NCBI GenBank assembly: GCA_964016885.1
Contig: OZ024741.1
Location: 146,382,001-146,446,000 of the forward strand
Length of the DNA stretch: 64,000 nt
DNA from: Eledone cirrhosa
Taxonomy: Eukaryota
Direction: 5' to 3'
Positions 1 through 13,404 of the stretch are shown here, one piece after another (positions within the stretch are counted from its first letter, which is position 1; every line of letters starts with the position of its first letter). Below the pieces are notes generated by a model. That model made no database searches. It saw only the letters and a list, made by a program, of their open reading frames with translations, and was not told the origin of the DNA. The position numbers and the translations under genes are program-made.

Positions 1-682
1 GCAGGCATGCACTTGTGCAAACATTCAGGTAGGTGACCCCCTTGGGGGGCAGTAAACCGACTTGATGAATGTTGAAGTTGATATCATCAATGCAACAAAA
101 CGTCATAACTGCTTCAGTTGGTGTTTGGTTTTCACGAAGCGAGACGTATTGCTTATCCATGGCTTATAAAGGAAGGTGAACACATGAACTTTTACTTGAA
201 CTTATCAAGGGAACCCTGGGGGAGTAAGCCCTTCGACTTATCTATTGAAGTTCACATTAACACTGTATTAGTACCTGATAACTTTTGAAGTTTACGTTCG
301 ATCTTCGTTTTCACTTTCAAAACAATAATTATCGTCGGATGAAATTTCAGAAATGTAAACATCTGATTCATTTAAAGATAAATCATTAATATTATCTTTT
401 GCTTCTTGTTCATTCTGAATGTCGTGGTGTGTAAAAACTTCAAAGTTGGTATCACTACCTTCATAAGCCATGTTGATAAAAACAAAAAATGTGTCTTACT
501 TTCAACTTTAAAAAATCACGTGTTGTTTTAAGTTGTTTCACTATATTAAGTGTTAATTTTTGCGGTAAGGACCTCGCAGTAATCTTGAATTGACAAGAAA
601 GATATTTAGGTGTGGGTGTTACGGCCGGTTTGAATAAATGAAGGGGAAATAATTTTGGCCGGTTTGAACACTAAAGGGTTAA
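1..682 (-). mobile_element. piggyBac-like element terminus (likely 5' end), extending beyond the window start
   Basis: On the minus strand it begins TTAA-CCCTTTAGTGTTCAAACCGGCC (TTAA at 679-682), with an internal repeat of GGCCGGTTTGAA near 623 and 657. It carries a short acidic minus-strand ORF at 292-471 (MAYEGSDTNFEVF...SEISSDDNYCFESENEDRT*) resembling a piggyBac transposase N-terminus. Confidence 0.6.
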
Positions 683-1064
683 AGGAGGTTTAGTTAATGT
701 TTATGGCTATAAGGTTCCAGTTAAGCATGCTGTGATTTTTCGGCCATTTTTGCCTGTATCCTTTCAATGGTTAGTACTTACTTATTGCTATGTTCGAACT
801 GAACAAGCATACTGACACTTATATACCTACCACTGTAGCCACACTATTTAATTTCCTTTATCACAGGTAGTCCGTACGCTGCGTTGCCCCTAACTTAAAA
901 CCTGAAATTTGACTGGTACACGAAATCTTGCAAAACATACCCCCTTTCTCAGACCACATAGATTTATTACATTTTTTCACAATTTATTTCCGTGTTTAGA
1001 TTTGCTTACTTAAACGTTATTTGTCCACTATTTATCGTTCTCCCTGATTAATTTTCTAAAAACA

Positions 1065-2064
1065 ATGCCCCCCCCCCCCTCCTCCCGAAAAGAACTTTCA
1101 TTGGTCGATTATCTAATGATGCAAGTAGGTCTAAGCGAAGACGTCTCACCGAAGATGTAAATGCAACTGCGATCAGGCTCTTACAGAATGCCGTGCAGAT
1201 GGCAGCTGCAAGAGCGGAGGAGGATGACAGTCGGCATGAAGGACGACGGAACAAAAGTGCTCCTACTGCTGCTCGCGCACGAGAGGACGACGTGCCATTC
1301 GACGTAGCAGGGACGCCGCTGCAAAATTCGCTGCTCGCAGCTCGCGAGAAAATCCAAGATATAGTCTATAAGGAAGTTTTGTAGGCACCCCATCCGCCAA
1401 CAAGTAATCGCTGTATTTTTTTTTTTCGTATAAGTGCTTACATTTGCTGTATCCGTGTACTATTTTTGTCCCTTTGAAAATACCACGTACGCCTCTGAGG
1501 TTGCTTTTGCTATACGTTATAAATGTTCAATGTTTCCGTTTTCCGCTTTTATATGTTGTTATTACACTTTGCGATCGATGTTCCGTAGTTTGAACCTAAT
1601 TAATCTACTTTTCCCTACATCTTATTTACACATTTTTTTGACATTCCAGCGTTATCTTGCCAAGGCCGTTTTTGTGGCCACCGACTGTTACATACTTTTC
1701 TAGGTTACAATCTCAAATAACAAGCAAAGCAAATACAACACACCAAAGTGGTATGGAGGACTTCTTAAGGGCCACCACCTCTAATCGGAGTTGTCTTTGC
1801 TGACAGCTCTTCCGCTGAGACTTTTAAGAGTGAACGGTCCAAGGCTCTCTTTAGGGCCACCAACTTTAAATTGTTACCATCGGATTCGTCTTTGCTGGCA
1901 GCACCGCCACAGAGATATTTCAAAGTGAACGTTCAAAGGCCATCTTTAGGGCCAACACCTATAAATTGTTACCTCTATAGTCGTGTTTAACGGAAGTCTT
2001 TCGGTTCATTTGAACAACTATTCCATTGAGAGTTATACCGGTCAACGCCGGGTACCTCTGCTAG
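1065..2064 (+). mobile_element. Non-autonomous Helitron (internally deleted); true 5' end not resolved
   Basis: 3' hairpin TACCGGTCAACGCCGGGTA followed by CTAG (2061-2064) and T. The residual ORF has a RepHel-like basic/coiled-coil N-terminus (MPP..PKRTFIGRLSNDASRSKRRRL...MAAARAEE) and the typical RepHel C-terminus DIVYKEVL* (stop at 1384). An internal tandem repeat of about 90 bp lies at 1766-1975. Confidence 0.75.
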
Positions 2065-2357
2065 TTTATAATAAAATAAGTTTTCTGTTTTTCTTTTTTT
2101 TAATACTTTAGTTAATTCATTAGCCGAAAGCTAAATGAAATATAACAAAGGAGAAAACAGTTTAAAATATGAGAAAGAGTATTCAAAAATTGCTACCTCA
2201 ATAATATGTACCTAGATGGAGCGGGGGAATGTTCTCTGGCATGCAGAGCCCCAGGTGTAAGTCACCTGGTGGTCCCAGCTGACATAATGGAGAAAGCATT
2301 TCCCTGAAGAATGGTGAGGGAGACACAAACTTTAACGTTATTATACATTTGTGCAGA

Positions 2358-2660
2358 GAAGGTGTGGGGTTTAGTAGCCTATGATCATAAGGTCATGAGT
2401 TTGATTCCCAGCAATGCAATGTGTTCTTGAGCAAGACACTTTATTTTATGTTACTCCAATCCATTCAGCAGACAAAAATGGTTTGTACCTGTAATTCAAA
2501 GGGCCAACATCTTCACTCTGGATCTTCTAAATAATTAAAGTAAGCTTACGCATATCTGTGGAATGCTCTACAGCCTACACGTTAATTTCACAAGCAAGCT
2601 GTTCTGTTGTTCCCACAATTAGACTGCACATCATTGAGAATCAATAGAAGATCAAGAACA
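2358..2660 (+). mobile_element. Degenerate tRNA-derived SINE
   Basis: Decayed A/B-box head followed by the central motif TTCTTGAGCAAGACACTTTATTT, shared with the copies at 30990 and 58216. Confidence 0.65.
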
Positions 2661-2890
2661 ATATTTATGCTAAGATTCAAATATCGAACTCTCCATACAA
2701 TATATTGTTCCTAGGCTTATCACACTCTCCATGTAGATCTTACACTTTTACTTCACATCAGTATTTCATTTTCCAGAGCATTCTCTATCCTCCCCTTCTC
2801 TTTAAACTTACACATAAAGTAAAAGATGTTATCTTTGTTTATGAATAGTATATACGATATGAGCGTTTATTCAAATGTATCATCTTACAC

Positions 2891-2921
<31 letters not shown>

Positions 2922-3779
2922 ATCAAATAGATCACAAACAACATGAAAATAATCTCTTTAATGCTTAAAAAATCTAAGATATATATATTTTTTATTACAT
3001 AACGTTGCTAAGTTGAGACATCAAAATATCTTTTATATATACACACACATGTACATATATATATATCATCCATTAGATCTACATGATCTGTGAGAAGGTG
3101 TGTTTGAAGACTCTGTCCCCATGATTCTTTCAAGAAGAAGAAGAAGACGAAATTGTAATGAATGTTATTTCAAAAGGTGTGGAATATTGTATTAAAAAAG
3201 AAAAAGTAAAAAGCAAATTTTCCAGATGAAGGAAATTATGATTCAATTGTTCTTTCTATTGCTGATACTATGTGTCTGATATAACTCCTAAAGATTTTGA
3301 CAATATTTGGTCTAGGGCTTAGAGAGAGGAACCAAAATCTGTTTTGTGAGAAATTGACGAGATTATCATCAAAAATAAAAAGCAGCAGATTGGCAAAATT
3401 GTTGGAACTTTGAACAAATGCTTTTCAGTATTTAGTCACAGCTCTTTACACTCTTATTCAAATCCCTGCACGGTCAATGCATCCTTTCAGTGTTGATAAA
3501 ATAAAGTACCAGTCAAATCCTGGGTCCGAGTTAATCTAATCACACCCACCCACCAAAAAAATACTTGTCTTGTGCCTAAATTAGAAACCATTATCATCAC
3601 AAATATTGTTTTAAAACACATCAACCAAATGATCCCATTTGGGAATTGCACACTGACAAAAACGCTGCTACTAATTTTTCAACTTTTCTCAGATTTGGTT
3701 GTTACTGTTGGTTATTTAGGACTCCTCATCAGGTTTAACATAAGCTTAAGACACAGAACGACTGTTAATAGATAAAACT

Positions 3780-6760
3780 TTTCAAAAAAATATGTACTGT
3801 CTCTAAAAACATTGATTTCTGAAAAGTGCTCACCTCAAACTCTATGTTTTCAAGTGGGTGGGAAAATTTGTTGGGATTGATCCCAAAACACCAATTATCA
3901 TGGGGATTATGCATACCTCTTTATTCCAAATCCTTGCTATTACGACACACAAGCCAATGAAGATATAGACAGACTTTATCATGACAGCACTTGTATTCTT
4001 TATGCACAAAGCTCTCACATCCACTTACCAAGTGGACCACATTTTCCACAGAGCATACATTTCTGGGTATCAGAAGACTTGTAGATGTTATAATTCACTG
4101 AATTTGTAGCAAGACCTTGGTCTTGCACTGCAACTATAAGGTTTTAGTGGCATATTTCAAATTACCTTGCTTAAACTATGTCAATGATGTTGTTTTATCA
4201 TTGATAACCTGTGTATTTCTCTCAAACTGACAATGCATTTCATTTTTAGAAGATCTTTTCTTTTCTCTGGTTACATTCTTCCTTTCCAACCATTTCTATT
4301 ACATTTATACCCATATTTTCTGCTGCATATTGCAACAACTTTTCATCACTGTTTACCAAATATTCTGCAAGCATTCACCTTTCTTTCCTTATACAATGAT
4401 CCACACTGATCAGACTTCTGCCACCATCCTTTCTCTTCATGTAAAATCTATTTAGGGTGTAAAGCTCCATACAGTGTTATTAATTTTCTCATTTTTCTAT
4501 CCAACTTTCACTTATCTTCTTCAGTCCAAATGAGAATGGGTGCATTATATCTAACCACTGTAACTGCGCAGTGACCAGATTTCTTGTATTCAAGTTGGAT
4601 CTTAGAATCATTTTTTACTCTTTTTAAATAACCCTCACACCTTTTCTTTCAATTCTGCATGCAAAATATCATCTAGTTCTAAGATCCCCAAATATTTATA
4701 GCCACTATGGTAGTCAGGAAGAAAGACTGCTTTCTTCCTTCTTTTCATGTTGAGTAATCCCATATTCCATACTGATATCGCTGCTACATCTCTGAACTGT
4801 TTTAACCAATAAGACTATTTGATTTTCAGACTTCCCAAACAGTTTCAGGTCATCCATAAACAGGTGATTTATAAATGTCCCTTGCTTTCCAAATTAGTAG
4901 CCCATTTTTGTTTTTCTGAGTGGTGTGAGTGTTATAGTTATCAGTGCTATAACAAATACTTGTTTCTACTTTTGGCACAAGGCCAGCAATTACCCAGTAC
5001 ATTACTGGTACTTTATTTTATCGACCACGTAAGGATGAAAGGCAAAGTTAACCTCGGCGGGATTTGAACTAACAAATACTGATTATGAGAATGAGTCCCC
5101 TTGGAAGATAAGTCTTTTAATTTCTAATTCTTCCAGAAAGACATTGCTTGAGTATAACTTGGTTTCCCACTGAGGCATGTTTTCAACAATACCAAACATC
5201 CACAGGCATTCACCAACCCAAGAATGGGGCACCATAGCATATACCTTCTTAAAGTCAATCCAGGCCATAGACTTGTTTGTGTGATATTTCTTACAATGCC
5301 TCAAAACTGTCATATCAATAACCAGGTGATCCTTGGTACCCTGGGATTTTTTTCCTATATCCTTTTTCTTCCCTTGGTAGGATTCATTCCTGTGCCAGAA
5401 AAGCACATGTCTTCCCCACAAATATCCCAGTGAGAATCTTCCATATTATGTTTAGGCATGCTATAGGGTGGTAGTTTCCGACAGCATTCCCCTTCTCTCT
5501 TTTATTACAAGTGTTGTCCTCTCTGTAACCATCCAGATGGGGAAAATGGGGACTGCACCTCACTGGAGAGATTCATTCAATTGTGTTGCCAGTCTTTTAT
5601 GTATTGTATTGCATCTCTTCAACCAAAAGCCTTGGATTCCATCTGATCAGATCTTTCCAGTTTGGTATTTTGATCCTTCACATCAACTTTACTTATGGCA
5701 ATATATTTTTGTATATTTCCTCCTTGCAATTTTGTCTTGATGGTATCATCATACTGTTTCCCAATATCCCATTCCAGAACTCCCTGGCCTTATCAGAATT
5801 AGGGATAGCATCCTGCCCATTCCCATTGTTTTCTTCCAAAGTGTGGAAGAATTGTTTTGCATTATTTCAGAACAATCTAATCTCCTTGAACTGTTTATTT
5901 CTATTTACATATCTCCTTGTCTTCTGGCTTTTCAAGAGAATTCTGTTTTATCTCTCCTATTACTGTATAGAATCCACTCTTCCATATTTTATGTCATGTC
6001 TAGTACTTCTCGATTAGCCCTTTTCCCATTTTTCCACTTTCCTCTAAACCAGCACTCAATTTTACTTAGATTTAGCCTTAACATCATTATGGCATTTTCA
6101 ATGTGTCTTTTCCACCATTGATTTTTGCCTTACTCTGCTTCGTGCTCATCAGTCACATTTGTTCCTTTACAAACAGTGCAAAATCTCAGATGAGGGTCTT
6201 AGTTTGCACTGTCTTCTGTCTGAATGTGTTGGCTGACAGCATTTATCTTTTTTGTAGTTTCAGTTATCATCTTCCTATCTACTCTTTTCATATTCATTGG
6301 GATTCTTCTTCTGTGACCTTCATAAGTTCCATAAGCCACCTACGTAACTTAAGCAACTCATTATCCAAGTGACTTTCTCCTGTTACATCACCATTCTCAT
6401 CCTCAGCCTTATCAGGGTTCAACAGATAATGATTCACTTCAGCAGCTCTAACATTCCCATCATAATCTCCCTGCACCTGCTGCTCATTTTTCTCTCTGCC
6501 TTCAACTGTAAGGACAGCTTCAACTTCTGCTCTAACCTCCCTTTTATGTTCATCTACAGGTTCCTTTAAGTGGTCACTAATCCGAGAAATTTCTACCTCA
6601 GTTAACCAGCCCTTCCTCCTAGGTACCCTCACTTGATTCATTAGTTTACATTCAGGCATCTCAAACATGCTCTCTTTCCATCCAGAAGTCCACAGTTCAT
6701 CATCCTACCCCACAAACTCCTATTTTTACTCTTTCATGTTTTTGCTTCATCCATTTGTAT
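3780..6760 (-). pseudogene. Decayed R4/Dong-clade non-LTR retrotransposon (RT + restriction-like endonuclease)
   Basis: Minus-strand fragments SMAWIDFKKVYAMVPHSW, IFQGDSFS, NHLFMDDLKLFG, GFWLKR and C-terminal IIPMIIGVLGSIP. Many stops and frameshifts. Confidence 0.8.
4961..5070 (-). mobile_element. 5'-truncated SINE family A inserted into the R4/Dong RT
   Basis: Family A body flanked by an exact 10-bp TSD AACAAATACT (4951-4960 and 5071-5080). Confidence 0.9.
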
Positions 6761-8108
6761 TTGTGTCTAGCTGCATGCACATTTGGTGTGCGATATGCTG
6801 TTTGGTAACAACTGTCTAGAGCCAGATCACTTCCCCAGTTGCTAGGGGCTTCAAGCATACTAGGTGAGGGACTTTCACTGTGATTGGTTCTAGCCTAATT
6901 CATGACATTAAATATTTCATTATTGTTTTGCATCATGATTTCATGAGAGTGGTTTTGTGCCACCCACTCCCCATTGGTATTTTTATTGAGACACTGTCTC
7001 TATATAACCTGCTTCGACAGTCTAAAACATGTCTTTATCATTATAAACACCATCACCCACCACCATCATTATTATCAGTACTACCATCATTGTTACTACT
7101 ATCGCTGTAGTTGTGGTCCCATTGCAGTTGTGATATTGTTAAATACAACAACAATAATAATAATAATTAGTAGTAGTATTAGTAGCAGCAGCAGCATAAG
7201 TGGTAGAATTCTACTTGAGTTGTGGCTGATATGGGAGTGATGTTGTTTGTAATAGAATTGTTGTTGTGTATGGTCTGTGTAGTGTAAGTTGTGTTATTTT
7301 ACTGAGTATTAATCTTGTAGAGTATATGTTGTATGAGTTTTGTTGTTTTATTTTATTGTATAAGGTTTGCATTGTATGTGGAGATTGTTCTATTTGTGCT
7401 GTGTTATTGAATCAATAATAACTTGTGCAGGATGTACACTGTTCAGCTATTTCTTATCATTTTGTTTATATTTTTTTGAACATACCTAGTGCTCCAAATA
7501 TTACTGGCCCTAAATCCTGTATATTTCAATTTGACACATTTTCCACTTCTTTTCTGGCACCACTACTACTACAACTGCTAGCTTGCAAAATAGAAAGTAA
7601 CTATACAACAATTTTTAATGGCACTTTATTTTGTGAATATTACTTTAAATTATGATATTTTGCTTTGAGTCATACTTGTGATATTTATCATTAGCTTGAT
7701 TCTTGTCAAAGAAATTATGTAATAGGAACTGCCATTACATAGTTTTTGATTATCTTATCCTTTAATGATTCTTTTTGAAATTTTCGTTCATAATGCTTGA
7801 TGTTTGACATATTGAAAGGTTGAAGTTGAGAATGAAAGATAACAGAAAGAATTAATGAAATATATCAAAGAAATCTGAATGACAATAATTAATACAACAA
7901 TTACATCCCACAGACACTGCTATTTAAAAATTGCTCACAACAACAGTTACAAGTTTACAATATGCAGATGGTAGATCTACAAATAAATATATCCTAAAGG
8001 ACCCAGTAAATGTGGTAAAAATTACTACATCATAATATTGGCCCAGAGACACTTAGCTCTTGATGGAATCACAGAGATCTCATATTGTTTATGACAAGTT
8101 TTGAGCAT

Positions 8109-8140
8109 TTAAACATAGCAGAACCATATCTTTTCTAAAT
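8109..8140 (-). CDS. Candidate terminal coding exon of an unidentified host gene
   Basis: Strong acceptor CTTTTTTGTTTTCAG at 8141-8155 (minus). Spliced to the 8488-8529 exon it reads ...HLEKIWFCYV* (an alternative frame gives TFRKDMVLLCLNAQNLS*). A minus-strand AATAAA lies near 7625-7630. Confidence 0.5.
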
Positions 8141-8487
8141 CTGAAAACAAAAAAGTGAGAGTGAAAAAGATGTAGTATTATATAGATGTTGACAAAAAGT
8201 CAACCTTAGTTATGTGGTACTTTATTTATTGACCTGAAAAGAACAAAAGGCAAAGTTGGCATTTGTAGCATTTGAACTCAGAGCACAAGAGGCTGAAAAG
8301 AATAATGTAGAACATTCTATCCAAACTTTTAATAACTCTGACATGTTGTTGCTTTATGTCAGCTGTACTGGGCTTAATACACATTCATTTTTATTATTCT
8401 GTAAAGATTAACTATGCAACAACAATCACAAGAAATAAATATATACATTTACAAATAATCAGAGATATGAGAAAGCAATTTACTTAC

Positions 8488-8529
8488 GTCGTCTCATCTG
8501 TCTTTTCAATGGGAACATAGGAGATCCCC
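8488..8529 (-). CDS. Candidate 42-nt internal exon of the same host gene
   Basis: Long polypyrimidine acceptor TTTCTTTTTTCTTATTCTCATCAATAG and a perfect donor GTAAGT (8482-8487). Open frames give GSPMFPLKRQMRR or GISYVPIEKTDET. Confidence 0.55.
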
Positions 8530-8859
8530 CTATTGATGAGAATAAGAAAAAAGAAATTAATTACCATTGACATAATTATATAAGAAAACATCATGTATAA
8601 TAAATAATAATCTTCTATGTTACTTTCACAACATTGAAAATGAAATTTGTTGACCTTTGATAAATCATGGGAGTACTGCCAAGAAGTATATACATGCTTT
8701 CTAGGCCTCAAAAAGGAATGACTGTGTTCCATGGGACCTGTTGTTGAAGGTTTTGCAGGATTATGGGGGTCAATTGTCAGCTTCTTGTTGACCTGATGTC
8801 TCTATAGGAATGCCTGAATATTTATGCTCAGATAAATGATCTAAATCAAAACCATTCAT

Positions 8860-9765
8860 TGTAGGAGTTGTAATTTGCCAAGGGTACATACTGTCAACTC
8901 TCCTGTTCATTATTTTCGTGAACAGGATTGACATGTGCACCCGGGTTGGAAGTGGTATCGCGACTGGTAGGTGTAAAATCAGTCAGCTGAAATGTGCAGA
9001 TGTTATAGTATTATTTAACTCCTTAGAAGGTGATCTCCAGCTTGCACTTGATAGGTTTGATGCCAAGTGCTGCATGCCAGGAATGAAAATCAGTGCTTCA
9101 AAAACTGAGACACTTATCCTATCAAAGAAACTTGTGCAGTGCACTCTAAATGTGAATGGTGTTTCACTGAAGCAGGTGGAGAAGTATCTCGGAGATGTGT
9201 TCATGAGTGATGGAAGGCAGGAGGCGGAATTAAGTGCAAAAATTGCAGAAGTATTGCACCAGCTTCACCTTTCAGTATTCAGACGAAAGGAGGTAGGCGT
9301 AAAAGTCAATCTATCTTTAATTTGGTATTCATGCCAAACCTTAACTATGGTCAAGGATCATGGATAATGACCAAATGAATATCATTGTGAAACCAAGCAG
9401 CCAAAATGTAGTTTCTCCAAAGGGTCTTCGGAGTAATGTTATACAATAGAGTGTATAGCTCAGCAATCAGAGAGTCGTTTCAGGTAGAGCTGCTATTTCT
9501 CCAAATTAGGAGGTTACAGCTCCAATATGTCCGAATTGCTAGACAGATTTTACAGGCAAAAAACCAACTGGCAGGAGACGTAGTGGTAGACACTGAGCAA
9601 GATGGTTGGATAACATCCATGATCTCAGCTGGTTTTGGTTAGGGATCCAGACAGATCAAGTGGAGATGTTTGCTTCTGACAGGACCCACTGAGAACTCTG
9701 CCCCCATGACTCTCTCAGGAATAAATGGACAAAGAAGAAGAAGAAAAAGAAGACGAAAAAGAAGA
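8860..9765 (+). pseudogene. 5'-truncated, decayed RTE-clade LINE (Rex3/Expander-like RT 3' half)
   Basis: CADVIVLF...DLQLALDRFDAKC..GMKISASKTE..QVEKYLG, ending in a (GAA)n tail. A short 3' end of the same family is at about 3085-3150. Confidence 0.75.
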
Positions 9766-9987
9766 CCTATACACTTTACACAATAATTTCATTATTATTA
9801 TTATATACACAAGCAAAACATATACATACACAGAAAAAAATACATCACACAACAAACATATACTACACAACATACACATATATACTTAACCTGCACACAA
9901 TTCATCACATATGCCCAAATCACATTCTTAACATAAACATTTGTAAATCATGCAAATACAGAGTAAATATGTAATTAATTAAATAAT

Positions 9988-10152
9988 GGTTTCTTATATA
10001 GGCACAAGGCCAGCAATTTGGGGAAAGGGGAAAGTCGATTAAATCGACCCCAGTACGTGACTGGTACTTTATGTTATCAACCCCGTAAGGATGAAAGGCA
10101 AGGTGCAAAACATGGCGTCCGACCCTCTACCAATACTGCCAATCCACTGCCC
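9988..10152 (-). mobile_element. SINE family A, internally deleted copy
   Basis: Family A sequence flanked by the direct repeat TGTAATTAATTAAATAAT. Confidence 0.85.
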
Positions 10153-10916
10153 TTGTAATTAATTAAATAATAATAATAGAATGTTGAAGATATATCTAAT
10201 GTAGTTTTCACAGTTTTTCACTGTGAAAAAGAGAACTGTATAAGTTAACTGTCAACTATTTCCTCTGAACACTGAAAAACATGAGAAATTATCTGTACAC
10301 AACTCAGAGATCATTGTCTCCTTAACAGAAAATAACTACCCTTAAGATTCTACCCACAAGAGGACCTTGTCAGCATCCTTATATATGTCAAGGAGAGCAT
10401 AGAATATAACTGAAATAGTCAGTCTAATTTGGGTAACATGCATTTATTTAGGAATGTAATTAATTAGATAATAAATATTTATGCAGAACACAATATATAT
10501 CAGGTTTCCAATTAGAAGCCTACTTTGAAAATAATGAATGATGAACACACTCTCAACTGTTTCACATGTACACAGAAAAACATAAAAGAGTAACTTTATG
10601 CATTTCAGAAATTATTTTCTTCTTATCAGAAGGTAACTAGATCAACAATTCTGCCAATAGAGGGATCTTGTTAGCACCACCATATTTGTCAAATAAATAA
10701 TGCAGGTGTTCACTCCCACTAAGATTATTTAACTAACGAAAAAATTATTACTTGTTTCACTTTATTTAAAGTGATATTTAACAGAAAAATAGGTTTGAAT
10801 TATTTTCTGCTGATATTTTTACATTTTTGCTAGTTTTCTCTTTAAATTAGTTGCTTTTTATTGAAAATTCAGTTTCAATTAACAGTTATTTAGATGACAT
10901 TTCCATATAATAATAA

Positions 10917-11075
10917 TTGTTTCTACTTTTGGCACAAGGCCAGCAATTATCCCAGTGTATTACTGGTACTTTATTTTATCGACCCCGTAGGAATGAAAGG
11001 CAAATTTCCCCTCAGCGGGATTTGAACTCAGACCATAAAGGGCCGTAACTCTTTGCTGCAAAACATGGTGTCCAA
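10917..11075 (-). mobile_element. SINE family A copy
   Basis: GGCACAAGGCCAGCAATT...GGATTTGAACTCAGA (B box GTTCAAATCC on the minus strand). Confidence 0.85.
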
Positions 11076-13404
11076 GAGTTTCACAGTTTTCTTCGGTGCC
11101 AGGATTGATTTAATCAATACTCTTTCCATTTTATATCTACTTTTTTTTTTGTTTTTTGATAAAACATTGTTTTAGTCTTTATTTGCTGTTTTATTTATGC
11201 TTTTATAATTTTATCCTTAATTGTGTGTATCCTTGCATAATAGAAGAAATGACAAAAAAGGTTGGTGTCAGGAAAGTCATCTGGCTGTAAAACCTTGCCT
11301 CAAAAAGGATCTTATGTCATGGGAGCTGCAAGCCCAATGCCTGCTTTAGTAGGGAAAATAGCTTTAAAATGCTTATTGTTTTATTATTTTTACCACTGCA
11401 TTCAGTAATTGAAACATTATCATTCACTTAGTCAGTTGAGGAATTTTTATACAATAACAGCTGAATTTTCCTCAAATCACACCCTCTCAGCAATGAATTG
11501 AATATAGATATGATGGTAAAGAACTGATACTTTTCATCATAAATCTGCTTATTCAGAAAAGAACTTGAATTAAATACCACCAACCATAATTCCGTTTTAA
11601 AATTAGTGTACTATTTAGTTCATTAAAAATAACTTGAAAGAATTATCTCCCTTAAAAACTAAATATATCACGTTCTCTTATATCAAAATATGAACAACAA
11701 ACAGCTATAATTAAAGCGCTAGATTTACCATTTAATAAAATAAGCACATGCTTAGGGTATCAAAGGAAGTGGGCACGGTTTTATTCAAATTAAATTTTTT
11801 TGTCATTAAAAAAAAAAGTTTTCTTTTTTCAGACCTTATATATGGAGAACACCTCAAAAAGACTTAATACAAATCTGCACCAGCTCTACATTATATGCAA
11901 ATATGAAGCAGGGTGTATTGAAAGCTGAAGGAACATTAAAAGTGATTAAAACATAGATTGAATGTCAATTAAACATTATTGAATATCATTTTGACTGATG
12001 GTAATCTCTTACATAATTATTGTATAAAATAGGAAGAAGAGAAAACAAGGCAAAAAAATAAACCAAAACAGAATATATGAAGCCAAACTAAAGATGGCAA
12101 AATTAAAAAATACAGAAATCAGGATAACAATGCCTTACAAAATCCATATAACAATTAATGGTTTATCAGAATTCTTCCAGAAAATTCTCATTTAAAATTG
12201 GATTATTCTCTTATGATGTTAATTTCCAATTTTGATTTTTAAAGAAAGTTTTAAGAAGTAAAAATATCTTTAAAAAAAAGATAAAAGAAATTATCTTTAA
12301 TTTTCTTTAAAAGCATATTTTCCTGCAGGATGTCTTTGAATTTTGAGTAACCCCTCCTCACACACAAGAAAAATAAAATAAAAATACTATACTGAAGTTG
12401 AAAGAAACTTTATTCAAGTCTCAAGAAATAACTATTACCATAAACATTCAATTAATTCAGTGGTTATTCTTTCTAATTTACATTCAGTTTCTTTTTTCTT
12501 GTGTATTTTGTTACATACAAAATAGAAATTACTAAATCAAGTTGTTATTTTTATCTATACTGTGTTCATTGTTGTTTGTTAGGTTTATTACTTTCTTGTT
12601 AAAACGAAGCTCCTAGCAGTCCACCAATTATTATTACAACAGTCTACTTCAATGGGGAAAATTTAATTTACAATTTTCCACAGCAATTTAATTTAATTAC
12701 AAAAAATTATTCAGAAATCTAATTGGATGATTATTATTTGAACGGTGCTAAAAACTGTTGTGCTTAATGGCCTGGAGAAATATCTGATAGAAACTCTATC
12801 GATGTTTATGGACAGCTAAACAATAATATCAGGTTAACTCAAAATGTTTTTAGAGTGGGTTGATCAGGAAATATCACATGTTGATTTACACATTTTAATT
12901 TTGGAGTTTTCAGCACTGATATAAGTTTTTCTCTTTTATTACATAACATTTTATTTCCAATTTTAGTACAAATTTGGGTGGTGGATAGGCAGAATAAGTA
13001 GAGCATTTGATAAAATGACATAGCAGTATATATTTGTCTTGCTCTTTACATCTTGAATTCAAATCCCACCAAGGTCACCTTTGACTTTCATCCTTCTAGG
13101 AGGTGAATAAAATAAAGTATTCAGCCAAGTACTAGGCTGATTTAAACAATTTGTCAACCCAAGACTATATTAGAATACAAAGTACTTGCCCATGGTGCCA
13201 TGCAGTGGAACTAAACCCCATACCATATGTTTCTGATAGCAAACTCCTTAACTACACTCCTAAACTTAGCTTATATTTGTTGCTTTTTTTTTTGTACTTT
13301 CTAGTTTTTCTAGACTTCTATATATTCACATCATTTTGAAGAGATGAAATCATTTTACCAAACGGACAAGAAGCTGTTGGCAACTTAAAAACAATAAAGA
13401 AAAT

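Noticed and set aside
10205-10229. 10-bp hairpin and nearby diverged duplication (10324-10390 vs 10626-10691)
   Set aside because: Short and AT-rich, with no TSD or family context.
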